DNA of 64,000 nucleotides from a virus, in IMG/VR virus record IMGVR_UViG_3300048694_000674, positions 64,001 through 128,000 of that record; one strand, written 5' to 3'. The notes beneath the pieces are model-generated. The model saw only the letters and a list, made by a program, of their open reading frames with translations. It was not told the DNA's origin and searched no databases. Positions 40,571 to 50,183 of the stretch are shown here, piece by piece. The position numbers and the translations under genes were made by a program. How positions within the stretch are numbered: the first letter of the stretch is position 1; each line of letters opens with the position of its first letter.

Positions 40571-41269
40571 ATGTCAAAAGAAAAATACGGTTTCGTTTAT
40601 TTATGGTATGATCGCAAACATAAACGATATTATGTTGGTTGTCATTGGGGAACTATTAATGATGGTTACATTTGTTCTTCTGATTGGATGAGAAAATCTT
40701 ATAAAAGAAGACCAGAAGATTTTAAACGTAAAATTTTAAAAACAAATTTATCTCGAATTGATATGTATGAAGAAGAACAACGATATTTAAATATGATAAA
40801 ACCTGAAGAAAGAAAAATACGATATTATAATCTTCACATAAAAAATGGCAACCTTTGGCACAAATACCCAGAATCAGTAAAAACTGTTGGTCAAAAAATA
40901 TCATATTCAAAAACTGGCAAAAGTGTGGCTGTTCCTGCGGATAGAGGCGCTAAAATATCTGCATCAAAAAAGGGTAAACCACTCACAGAAAAACATAAAA
41001 TAGCTCTGCGAGGAATAAAAAAGAAACCACACACAGATGAATGGAAACAACAAAATTCTATTAGAATGAAGGAACAATGGTCTGATGGTTCAAGAAAAAG
41101 AGCAGAACCAAAGAAAACTATGAGCCGAGAAGATCAAGATAAATTGTGTTCAGAACAACTGAAAAATAGATGGTCTGATCCAGAATGGGCTATGAAACAA
41201 AAAGAGGCTTTGAAAACTGCTTGGGCTAAAAGGAAAGAAAAACTAAATAGTTATGAATTGGCTCATTGA
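40571..41269 (+). CDS. GIY-YIG (Seg-like) homing endonuclease
   Basis: GFVYLW...YYVGCHWG...YICSS...E...YYN; NUMOD3-like KGKPLTEKHK tail. Confidence 0.78.
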   Translation: MSKEKYGFVYLWYDRKHKRYYVGCHWGTINDGYICSSDWMRKSYKRRPEDFKRKILKTNLSRIDMYEEEQRYLNMIKPEERKIRYYNLHIKNGNLWHKYPESVKTVGQKISYSKTGKSVAVPADRGAKISASKKGKPLTEKHKIALRGIKKKPHTDEWKQQNSIRMKEQWSDGSRKRAEPKKTMSREDQDKLCSEQLKNRWSDPEWAMKQKEALKTAWAKRKEKLNSYELAH

Positions 41270-41308
41270 AGGCTAAGATGAACAAGACGGTTTCAAGCCG
41301 CAAACTAG

Positions 41309-41336
41309 AGGGGAGCCGAAGCTCCCCTTTCTTTTT
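41309..41336 (+). terminator. Intrinsic terminator
   Basis: AGGGGAGC-CGAA-GCTCCCCT followed by TTCTTTTT. Confidence 0.85.
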
Positions 41337-41338
41337 GC

Positions 41339-41367
41339 TTGACAAATTTGTAAATTACCAGTATAAT
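41339..41367 (+). promoter_or_regulatory. Sigma70-type promoter TTGACA-N17-TATAAT
   Basis: Perfect consensus upstream of gp3. Confidence 0.75.
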
Positions 41368-41416
41368 CATATTGTGGGCATGATAATAAATAGATAAAGG
41401 TAATTGGAGAATATAA

Positions 41417-41941
41417 ATGACTGCTATTGACAATACGCCTGAGAATAAGAATTTTCTTAGCCCACTTAATTTCAGATTCTCTATCAAGAGAGCACCACAT
41501 GTTAACTTTTTCTTACAGAAGGTTAACATCCCCGAAATATCATTACCAGAAATTGAGATACCTACTCAGTTTGTTCCTATTCCAACTCAGTACACTCACT
41601 TACAGTATGGTAAGTTTGCAATAACATTCAAAGTTGATGAAGACTTTCAGAATTATCTCGAGCTGCATAATTGGATTAGAGCTCTTGGTTTCCCAACAGA
41701 CTATAATGAATACAAGTCTATTGCTGATATTCCAGAGTATACAGGCGAAGGTATTAGATCAGATATCTCTCTGATTGCTCTAAACTCAGCCAAGAATCCA
41801 AACTATGAATTTACATTCATCGATGCATTCCCAATATCTCTTGGTGATATTGTTTTTGATACAACTGACACAGACGTTCAGTATATAACAACGACAGCTG
41901 AATTTATCTATACATACTACAATATCACTAAAATTACTTGA
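41417..41941 (+). CDS. gp3: Tail tube terminator/completion protein gp3
   Basis: NFLSPLNFRF...VDEDFQNYLELHNW...F.DAFPISL. Confidence 0.88.
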   Translation: MTAIDNTPENKNFLSPLNFRFSIKRAPHVNFFLQKVNIPEISLPEIEIPTQFVPIPTQYTHLQYGKFAITFKVDEDFQNYLELHNWIRALGFPTDYNEYKSIADIPEYTGEGIRSDISLIALNSAKNPNYEFTFIDAFPISLGDIVFDTTDTDVQYITTTAEFIYTYYNITKIT

Positions 41942-41966
41942 CTTTTTCTGAAAAGTATAGTATTAT
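41938..41966 (+). promoter_or_regulatory. Sigma70-type promoter TTGACT-N17-TATTAT
   Basis: Near-consensus upstream of uvsY. Confidence 0.65.
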
Positions 41967-41996
41967 ATAATATGATTGGTTTGAGGATACTATATT

Positions 41997-42431
41997 ATGT
42001 TGTTAGAAGCCATTTATGATGAATGGAAAAAAGATTCAGAAATAGACAAGACAGAACTTGGGGATGAGTCGATTGCCATACCTAAGTTACATCACAAGTA
42101 TTATCAGATATTCACAGCTGAAAGATTACAGCTTCGTAAGCTTGAAGCACAGATGAAAACATTGAAGCTGCAGAAGTATGAGTTCTATACACAGGGTCCG
42201 TCAAAAGAAACACAGGATAAAGGTTGGGAGCTTCCAGGTAAAGGTATGATTCTAAAACAAGAAATGCCTATGTATCTGGAAGGCGATAAAGATATTATCG
42301 AGTTATCATTAAAGATTGGATATCAACAAGAGAAGTGTGAATTACTTGAATCAATTATCAAGAGTCTTACCAACAGAGGCTTCCAGATAAAAGCAGCAAT
42401 TGATTTCATGAGATTTACGATGGGAGCATAA
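41997..42431 (+). CDS. uvsY: Recombination mediator UvsY
   Basis: W.KDSEID...IPKLHHKY...NRGFQIKAAIDFMRF. Confidence 0.9.
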   Translation: MLLEAIYDEWKKDSEIDKTELGDESIAIPKLHHKYYQIFTAERLQLRKLEAQMKTLKLQKYEFYTQGPSKETQDKGWELPGKGMILKQEMPMYLEGDKDIIELSLKIGYQQEKCELLESIIKSLTNRGFQIKAAIDFMRFTMGA

Positions 42432-43882
42432 TGGATATAATTGAGATAATCAAAGTAGATGAAACATACAATAAGATAAAATGTGATCCTGGTATTGCTT
42501 TTGAATTGAATGATCATTTTACATTCGAAGTTCCTGGCGCTAAATTTATGCCTGCAGTTAGGAACAAATTTTGGGATGGAAAAATTAGATTGTTCAATGC
42601 ATTGACATGTCACATCTATGCTGGTCTCAATAAGTATATCGAAGAGTTTGCTCAAAAAAGAAATTACAAAGTTGAATACAATTACGATATCTCAGCTGAA
42701 GAGTTTTCCGTCAAAGAAGCCAATGACTTTGTTGACTCGCTGAATATTCCATCGAAGTTTGAACGTCGAGATTATCAAATTGATGCCTTTGTTTATGCTA
42801 TCCGCAACAGACGAGCAATGATGCTTTCTCCAACAGCATCTGGTAAGTCGTTCATCATCTATCTAATTACGAGGTATTACAATGCCCGCACTCTTATTAT
42901 CGTTCCAACTACTTCTTTGGTTAGTCAGCTTGCTTCTGATTTTGCCGATTACGGTTTTGCTTCTGATAAGTTCGTCCATAGAATCTTCTCAGGACAGGAT
43001 AAACAAACGTCTAAACCAATTACAATCTCAACATGGCAGTCGATTTACAAACTGGATAAAAAATACTTCGAACAATTTGATGTGGTCATAGGAGATGAAG
43101 CACACTTATTCAAAGCTAAATCTCTTACGAGTATTATGTCTAAGCTGGGCAGCTGTCCACATCGGTTTGGTTTCACTGGTACTCTTGATGGAACTCAAAC
43201 ACATAAGCTCGTCCTCGAAGGTTTGTTCGGTTTGGTGCGAAAGGTTACAACAACATCTGAATTAATTGAACAAAAGCATCTTGCCAACTTTATGATCAAG
43301 GCTATTGTTCTCAAGTATTCAGATGAAATAAAGAAACAGATATCTAAATACGATTATCAGGCAGAACTAGACTTCCTGGTAAGGAATACAGCAAGAAACA
43401 ATTTCATAAAGAATCTTGCTCTGTCGCTAAAAGGTAATACGCTTATACTATTTCAATTTGTCGAAAAACACGGCGATGTTTTACATGACATGATAAAGAA
43501 TGCTACTGATCAGCCTGTTTATTATGTCTATGGTGGAGTTGATGGAGAGGAACGTGAACAAATTCGTAAGATTGTGGAGGAGCAACAAAACGCTATTATC
43601 GTCGCTAGCTCAGGAACTTTCTCCACAGGTGTTAACATTCGCAACCTGCATAACGTTATATTTGCTAGTCCTTCAAAATCCAAAATACGAAATCTTCAGT
43701 CAATTGGTCGCGGACTACGTAAATCAGACAGTAAAGACAGCGCTACTCTATATGACATCGCTGACGATATGACATGGAAAAATAGAAAGAATTATACTAT
43801 ACTACATTTTATGGAACGTATGAGAATATATAATGAAGAGAAATTTGACTACAAAATTTACCCAGTAAATCTAAAGGCATAA
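42431..43882 (+). CDS. uvsW: DNA helicase UvsW
   Basis: PTASGKS, DEAH, GFTGT, QSIGRGLR. Confidence 0.95.
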   Translation: MDIIEIIKVDETYNKIKCDPGIAFELNDHFTFEVPGAKFMPAVRNKFWDGKIRLFNALTCHIYAGLNKYIEEFAQKRNYKVEYNYDISAEEFSVKEANDFVDSLNIPSKFERRDYQIDAFVYAIRNRRAMMLSPTASGKSFIIYLITRYYNARTLIIVPTTSLVSQLASDFADYGFASDKFVHRIFSGQDKQTSKPITISTWQSIYKLDKKYFEQFDVVIGDEAHLFKAKSLTSIMSKLGSCPHRFGFTGTLDGTQTHKLVLEGLFGLVRKVTTTSELIEQKHLANFMIKAIVLKYSDEIKKQISKYDYQAELDFLVRNTARNNFIKNLALSLKGNTLILFQFVEKHGDVLHDMIKNATDQPVYYVYGGVDGEEREQIRKIVEEQQNAIIVASSGTFSTGVNIRNLHNVIFASPSKSKIRNLQSIGRGLRKSDSKDSATLYDIADDMTWKNRKNYTILHFMERMRIYNEEKFDYKIYPVNLKA

Positions 43883-43884
43883 TA

Positions 43885-44439
43885 ATGGCATCGAAAAAGC
43901 ATTACGTAAATAATAAAGATCTTTATCTAGCGATGGTGAAATTTAAAGAAGCTGTTGACAAAGCGCAAAAAGAAAACAAGCCACTCCCAATAGTTCCTGA
44001 CTATGTTGGTACTTGTTTTATGTTGATATGCAATAAGCTTTCAACCAAACCAAACTTTATGAATTATTCATATAGAGAAGATATGGTTGCTGATGGTATA
44101 GAGAACTGTGTTGCTGCAGCTCACTCTTTTGATCCATCGAAGTCAAACAATCCATTCGCTTACTTTACGCAAATTGCTTGGAATGCTTTTATTAGAAGAA
44201 TCGCCAAGGAAAAGAAACAGTCATATATCAAACATAAAAACTTTGAACACAGCAATTTACTTGACGAATTACTAGAAGAGAGTTATAATACAGGTAAGTC
44301 GACTTATAATGAATATTCAGACGATATTATCAGAAATTTTGAAGATAAATTGGTCAAGAACTCGAAGAAAACAAAGGTAAAACTTGAAAAATTTATAGAG
44401 GAAGACGACAGTGAACAAACTACATCTGGTTCCAGCTAA
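43885..44439 (+). CDS. gp55: Late sigma factor gp55
   Basis: HYVNNKDL...PNFMNYSYREDMVADGIENC...NPFAYFTQI. Confidence 0.95.
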   Translation: MASKKHYVNNKDLYLAMVKFKEAVDKAQKENKPLPIVPDYVGTCFMLICNKLSTKPNFMNYSYREDMVADGIENCVAAAHSFDPSKSNNPFAYFTQIAWNAFIRRIAKEKKQSYIKHKNFEHSNLLDELLEESYNTGKSTYNEYSDDIIRNFEDKLVKNSKKTKVKLEKFIEEDDSEQTTSGSS

Positions 44440-44602
44440 TATTATTGATCTTGTTGAAAAGATCAAGGACAAAAATATTAGAGATAGCGAACGAAACAAT
44501 TATATTGTTAGACTAGAAACTACTGCTTCATATATTAATGAATCATTGTCTAAGAATAAAATGAATCAACAACAACTTATGAGAAAGAATCAGAATCGCT
44601 AA
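44411..44602 (+). CDS. Small hypothetical protein
   Basis: Coupled between gp55 and gp47. Confidence 0.55.
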   Translation: MNKLHLVPANIIDLVEKIKDKNIRDSERNNYIVRLETTASYINESLSKNKMNQQQLMRKNQNR

Positions 44603-45657
44603 TGAAGATTGCTTTGATTACGGACACTCATTGGGGTGTCAGAAATGATAATGTTGCGTTCTTAGATGACTCGAAGAAATTTCTAGATACAATCTTTTTT
44701 CCATATCTGGAGAAGAATGGTATTACTACAGTCGTTCATCTTGGTGATCTGGTCGATCGTCGCAAGTATATCAACATTAATACTGCTACTCGTCTCAGGA
44801 AAGATTTTCTTGAGCCATTGAGTAAGTATGATGTTCATATCATTGCTGGAAATCACGATACATATTTCAAAAACACAAATGAGATCAACTCTCTCAGAGA
44901 GCTACTGCCTTCATATCCTTATAAGATATATGACAAGTTCCCACAAGAAGTTGAATTTGATAACTCAGTAATTCTAATGACTCCATGGATCTGCGATGAA
45001 AACAGAAAACTATCTTTTGAAAAAATCAGATCAACTCCATCGCAGATCCTCATGGGACATCTGGAAATCGCTGGGTTTGAAATGTATCGAGGGTCTATGG
45101 TCTCTCATGGCGAAGATCGCACGAGCTTTGACAGATTTGATATGGTACTGTCTGGCCATTATCATCATCGTTCTAGTGATGGCTGCATTTACTATCTTGG
45201 TAATCATTGTGAGTTTACCTGGAGCGATTATGATGATCCTAAAGGATTTCACATCCTCGATACAGAAACGAGGGACTTGACTTTTATACGAAACCCATAT
45301 AGAATGTTTGATAAGGTTTGGTATGATGATGCACAAGAAAGTTTAGATCCAGCTAATATGGAAATATCGCATCTAAAAGGTAAGATCATCAAAGTCATTG
45401 TACAAAACAAAACCAATCCTTACAAGTTCGATTTGTTCATAAACAGTTTAGAAAAGATTGGTGTTCTGGATATGCAGATTGTTGAAGATCATTTGAATCT
45501 CGCCTTTGAAGATGATACATCTATTGTGAATGAAGCAGAATCTACAATAGACATATTCCGTCATCATATTGAGCAGATCAATATTCAAAATCTTGACAAG
45601 AAAAAACTCGAAGCTACGATCGTCGATCTCTATCAAGAGGCATTGACTATAGAATGA
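44602..45657 (+). CDS. gp47: Recombination endonuclease gp47 (Mre11-like)
   Basis: DTHWG, GDLVD, GNHD, GHYH phosphoesterase motifs. Confidence 0.95.
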   Translation: MKIALITDTHWGVRNDNVAFLDDSKKFLDTIFFPYLEKNGITTVVHLGDLVDRRKYININTATRLRKDFLEPLSKYDVHIIAGNHDTYFKNTNEINSLRELLPSYPYKIYDKFPQEVEFDNSVILMTPWICDENRKLSFEKIRSTPSQILMGHLEIAGFEMYRGSMVSHGEDRTSFDRFDMVLSGHYHHRSSDGCIYYLGNHCEFTWSDYDDPKGFHILDTETRDLTFIRNPYRMFDKVWYDDAQESLDPANMEISHLKGKIIKVIVQNKTNPYKFDLFINSLEKIGVLDMQIVEDHLNLAFEDDTSIVNEAESTIDIFRHHIEQINIQNLDKKKLEATIVDLYQEALTIE

Positions 45658-47360
45658 TTTTATTTAAAACATTGCGTTGGAAGAACTTCCTTTCAACTGG
45701 TAATATATTCACAGAAATTTCTCTCAATAAATCATCATCGACATTGATTGTTGGTGAGAATGGTGCAGGCAAATCAACCATTCTCGACGCATTGACATTC
45801 TCATTGTTCGGTAAACCATTCAGAAAGATCAACAAACCACAGCTACTTAACAGCATAACTCAGAAGGGTCTTGTTGTTGAGATTGAGTTTGATATTGGAT
45901 CGAACAAATATAAGATAATTCGTGGGCTGCGACCAAATATCTTTGAAGTGTATATGAATGATAATCTGCTTAACCAAACAGCAGAGATGAAAGATTATCA
46001 GGAAATACTTGAGCGTCAGATACTCAAGTTGAATTATAAGTCATTCTGTCAGGTTGTTGTTCTTGGATCAGCTTCCTTTGTTCCATTCATGCAGTTAGCT
46101 GGTGGTCAGCGTAGAGAGATTATTGAGGATCTGCTTGATCTACAAATCTTTACGATTATGAATAGTTTGCTGAAAGATAAGATATCTGTCAACAATGAAA
46201 ACTTGGCAGAAATATCTTCAGATCAAAAAGTTGTTACTGAAAAGTTGAAGATCATTCAGCAACATCTGCTCGAGAAACAAAACAGTAATGATAAGATCAT
46301 TAGAGAGAAACAAGATCTTCTGATCGAAACAATAGTAAAGATTGAGGATCTGCAGAACAAATACTTCAAAATAAAAGTTTCTATTGAGAATGAGAAGGAA
46401 AAGGTAGCTGACTCTGAATCAATAACAAGTAAGATAACAAAACTTGAACAGCTGAAGCATAAGATTGAAGCAAAGAAAGCTCTGATCTGTAATGACATTG
46501 AGTTTTTCAAGAAGCATGAAAATTGTCCAACATGCACTCAATCTATCAGTGCTGAGTTTCGCGAAACAACTATTGAGTCTAAGAATCGCGAAATAGAAAC
46601 GATTGATGTTGGCTTGGTTGATCTTGCCAAGAAATATGATGAAACGAGCGCTCGTCTTAGTGAAATTATGAGCACAAATACTTTAATCAATGATATGCAG
46701 ATTGAAGGTGTTAGAATGAGTTCTAACATTGATAGTTTGATTCGATATAAAGATCATCTTAATAAAGAAATCAACACAATCAACAAAGATCTTGAGGATG
46801 ATGAGGAGAGTAAGATGACTGCTCTTCAACAGGAACTAGAAGATATTGCGACGAGATATAATGATGCAATGGATGAAAAGCAACTATTAACTGCTGCGTC
46901 TTATCTTCTGAAAGATGGTGGTATCAAAGCCAAGATTATCAAACAGTATGTTCCTGTTATCAATAAGCTTATCAATAAGTATCTTAGCGCTATGGACTTT
47001 TTCGTTCAGTTCGAACTTGATGAAGAGTTCAATGAAACTATCAAGTCAAGATTCCGTGATGAGTTCAGTTACAGCTCTTTCTCAGAAGGCGAGAAGATGC
47101 GTATCAATCTTGCTATTCTTTTCACTTGGCGTGCTGTCGCTAAACTGCGTAATTCTGTCAGTACAAATCTACTCATTATGGATGAAGTTATGGATTCATC
47201 GATGGACTCAAATGGAACAGATGAGTTTCTGAAGATATTAAACAACTTGACTTCTGACACAAATACGTTTATAATATCTCATAAAGGTGATCAGCTATAT
47301 GATAAGTTTCCAAACATCATTAGATTTGAAAAGAAACAAAACTTCAGCAAGGTAATATAA
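45654..47360 (+). CDS. gp46: Recombination ATPase gp46 (Rad50-like)
   Basis: GENGAGKST, CPTC hook, FSEGEK, LIMDEV. Confidence 0.95.
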   Translation: MILFKTLRWKNFLSTGNIFTEISLNKSSSTLIVGENGAGKSTILDALTFSLFGKPFRKINKPQLLNSITQKGLVVEIEFDIGSNKYKIIRGLRPNIFEVYMNDNLLNQTAEMKDYQEILERQILKLNYKSFCQVVVLGSASFVPFMQLAGGQRREIIEDLLDLQIFTIMNSLLKDKISVNNENLAEISSDQKVVTEKLKIIQQHLLEKQNSNDKIIREKQDLLIETIVKIEDLQNKYFKIKVSIENEKEKVADSESITSKITKLEQLKHKIEAKKALICNDIEFFKKHENCPTCTQSISAEFRETTIESKNREIETIDVGLVDLAKKYDETSARLSEIMSTNTLINDMQIEGVRMSSNIDSLIRYKDHLNKEINTINKDLEDDEESKMTALQQELEDIATRYNDAMDEKQLLTAASYLLKDGGIKAKIIKQYVPVINKLINKYLSAMDFFVQFELDEEFNETIKSRFRDEFSYSSFSEGEKMRINLAILFTWRAVAKLRNSVSTNLLIMDEVMDSSMDSNGTDEFLKILNNLTSDTNTFIISHKGDQLYDKFPNIIRFEKKQNFSKVI

Positions 47361-47905
47361 TGAATCTGGTAGAGAGCAATGATCCAATCCTTACGACCGA
47401 ATGTGAACCATTCGACTTTCGCAATCCACAATTTGATCCTGTAGATTTTGCGCATCAAATTGTTAAATTTATGTATGATAACAATGGTATTGGTATTTCT
47501 GCCAATCAGGTTGGAATACGTAGCCGTGTTTTTGCTATGCGTTCTTCTCCCCAAAATTTTGTATGTTTCAATCCAAAGGTTGTCCAGCCTAGTGAACAGA
47601 TGGTTGTTCTAGAAGAATCATCATTGACGCATCCTGGACTTATTGTTAAAGTAAAACGACCGCAGCATGTTCGAGTCAGATTCACTACACCAAATGGAGA
47701 AACTAAGACAGAAACATTTACTGGAATGACTGCCAGAGTATTTCAACAAATGGTAGATAATTTAGATGGAGTCCTTTACTTTAATCGTGCTTCGAGGTAT
47801 CATAGAGATATAGCGTTGGAAAAGTGGAGGAAAGGTAATCACTCTACGATTCAAGTTAAACCTAAAGATGGATTGAATAAATATGAATATCTTCTACATC
47901 GATAA
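47360..47905 (+). CDS. def: Peptide deformylase-fold protein with degenerate active site
   Basis: GIGISANQVG and FNP present; EGCLS replaced by ESSLT and QHExDH by QQMVDN. Confidence 0.8.
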   Translation: MNLVESNDPILTTECEPFDFRNPQFDPVDFAHQIVKFMYDNNGIGISANQVGIRSRVFAMRSSPQNFVCFNPKVVQPSEQMVVLEESSLTHPGLIVKVKRPQHVRVRFTTPNGETKTETFTGMTARVFQQMVDNLDGVLYFNRASRYHRDIALEKWRKGNHSTIQVKPKDGLNKYEYLLHR

Positions 47906-48422
47906 AGATCCTGTACAGGCTGCGCAGTGGATGGTTGACAAACATGTTGTCAAGATGATCCTCGAATCAGCACAACTTCTTTCTACTGCACATCGTTTAC
48001 TTGATGGTCGCGAGGTCGAAGGTAAAACTAAGACTGGTCGCAAAGCTCGTCGCTGGGTTCTTGATGATTCTCGCGATCCTGTTATCTATCAGGCTACGCA
48101 TATCAATCATCCTTCTGCTGTTTGGTGTCGTCAGTCTGTTGAAAACTATATCTGGTTAGCAGATCATTTACATGCGCTTATGCAGGAGTATACATATCGT
48201 TATGGTAAGAAGCATGCAGTTGATGGTAATCTATCATACATGCTTATGTCGCCACCAAAAAACTTACAAGAATATGATATGACTACTATGCCATCAGCTA
48301 TGGATGAACAATACAAAATCAGTGACGATCCAATCGTCAACTATCGCAACTACTATAAAGTCGGTAAAGCCAGAATGCATAACTGGAAAAACCGCCAACC
48401 ACCAGAATGGATTACACAATGA
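47883..48422 (+). CDS. Pyrimidine-dimer DNA glycosylase-like conserved phage protein
   Basis: MNIFY.D.DP...DKHVVKMILESAQLLSTAH...HINHPSAVW. Confidence 0.7.
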   Translation: MNIFYIDKDPVQAAQWMVDKHVVKMILESAQLLSTAHRLLDGREVEGKTKTGRKARRWVLDDSRDPVIYQATHINHPSAVWCRQSVENYIWLADHLHALMQEYTYRYGKKHAVDGNLSYMLMSPPKNLQEYDMTTMPSAMDEQYKISDDPIVNYRNYYKVGKARMHNWKNRQPPEWITQ

Positions 48423-48835
48423 GTTTTTATACAGACGTAAAAGATTTTCATATTGCTTTCGGTCAGCGAGTAGGCGAGAAGCCAGAACTTCCAGTTGATT
48501 CAAATGAACGTAAGCTTCGTATAAGACTTCTAAAAGAAGAATTTGAAGAATATATGGCAGCAGAAATTGATGAAGATATTGTCGAGGTTGCTGATGCTCT
48601 TGCTGATCTTATCTACATTGCCTGTGGTACTGCTGTATCTTATGGCATCCCACTTGACAAAGTGTTTGAAGAAGTACATCGTTCAAACATGGCCAAACTT
48701 GTGGATGGTAAGCCACTATATCGTGAAGATGGAAAGGTAATGAAGCCAGAAGGATGGACTGCTCCAGATATTGAAGGCGTATTAAAAAAGTCACAGGAAG
48801 AAATTATTATTCGTAATGCTCAAATTACACTATGA
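48419..48835 (+). CDS. MazG-like NTP pyrophosphohydrolase (DR2231/dUTPase-like)
   Basis: EEFEE...EVADALADLIY...EVHRSNMAK...REDGKVMKP. Confidence 0.82.
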   Translation: MSFYTDVKDFHIAFGQRVGEKPELPVDSNERKLRIRLLKEEFEEYMAAEIDEDIVEVADALADLIYIACGTAVSYGIPLDKVFEEVHRSNMAKLVDGKPLYREDGKVMKPEGWTAPDIEGVLKKSQEEIIIRNAQITL

Positions 48836-48878
48836 TGTTCGTATATATACGATATACGAACTTTGAAAGGAGGCTACA

Positions 48879-50183
48879 TTGGTCAATCAACTTATCATAA
48901 AGAAACTTGATGCTGAAGAAACACTTGGTACATTCATCACCTGTAAAGATTATGCCAATCTGATCATTACTGAAGATTGTGATCTTTATGCAGAGGATCC
49001 TATGGATCCAACTAAAGCAGATGAAGAGAATGTTATCTTCAGATATCGCAAGGGCGTATTTTCTCATGAAGAACGTCGTCGTTGTTATCATGGTCTAAGA
49101 GCAGCTGCTACTGAATCTCAAAATCGTGGTATGGCTGCTGGTCCTCGTGGCGATCAGCTTGGACAGGAAGGACGTGGTAATCGCGATTGGGTTACTGCTG
49201 AACAACTTGACATTCTTTCATTTCTTGCTCGTCCTCTCAATACAATTGATGATGGTGTCGCGCTTGAAGATATTCGCGCAAGTCATCAACAGTTCAAAGA
49301 AAAAGATGAGACACGTGGACAGGTTTGGCTTCGTTCAGAAGTAACGAAGAAGTATCCAGAATACCATGGTTGGTTTGAAAAGTGGGTATCTGGTATTCAT
49401 AATATGTCTCGCGAAGAGCAGAAAGAAGAAGCACAGTTTATCATTGATAACTATATCTCAGACACCAACTACGCGCAGTCAGTAATGTCTGGTATCGCTG
49501 GTTTCTATGATCGTTATCCTCGCATTCCTTATGGTCGTGCTACTTCTTATACTGAAAAACATCCAGAAGATTTTGCTGAATCCTTTCCGTTTCTCAACAA
49601 GTTGAATGATCAGTTTAGAAAACTATTGCCTGTTCGTTGGGCTAATCAACGTGCTTGTGCTGATAAACTTGATCCAAAATTTTTGATTGATGGAACAGTA
49701 TTTACTACGCTAACAGTCAATCATAACTGGCGTACAGCATGTCATCGAGATGCTGGCGATCTTCATGAAGGATTCTCTAACATCTGCGCTCTAGGTAAGG
49801 GTTGGCAGGGAGCTGAATTTATTCTTCCTGAGTTTCGTATTGCTGTGAAACTTGAATCAGGCGATATGTTGCTTGTCAATAATCATGGCGGTATCCATGG
49901 CAATGATGCGCTTGTTGGTGATGATAATGATCGTATGACAATCGTTGCTTACTTCCGCGAAAAGATGATGGATCTTAAGTCCTGGGATTATGAACAGCTG
50001 CGTAAGAAGTATATTGACGAACGTCGCATGAACAAGGAACACAAACACTGGCGCCATCTTTGGAATGGTGTTAGCCCAGATATGTGGCATGAACAGGAAT
50101 GGTATGATTATATGGCTGCGCATAATATGGAAGATCCATATAAAGAAACAAAAGCAGCAAGTCTAGAGGATTTCTTCGTATGA
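48879..50183 (+). CDS. TET/JBP-family 2OG-Fe(II) DNA base dioxygenase
   Basis: FTTLTVNHNWRTACHRDAGD (HxD), GIHGN (distal His), RMTIVAYFRE (2OG Arg); AGGAGG then TTG start. Confidence 0.82.
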   Translation: MVNQLIIKKLDAEETLGTFITCKDYANLIITEDCDLYAEDPMDPTKADEENVIFRYRKGVFSHEERRRCYHGLRAAATESQNRGMAAGPRGDQLGQEGRGNRDWVTAEQLDILSFLARPLNTIDDGVALEDIRASHQQFKEKDETRGQVWLRSEVTKKYPEYHGWFEKWVSGIHNMSREEQKEEAQFIIDNYISDTNYAQSVMSGIAGFYDRYPRIPYGRATSYTEKHPEDFAESFPFLNKLNDQFRKLLPVRWANQRACADKLDPKFLIDGTVFTTLTVNHNWRTACHRDAGDLHEGFSNICALGKGWQGAEFILPEFRIAVKLESGDMLLVNNHGGIHGNDALVGDDNDRMTIVAYFREKMMDLKSWDYEQLRKKYIDERRMNKEHKHWRHLWNGVSPDMWHEQEWYDYMAAHNMEDPYKETKAASLEDFFV

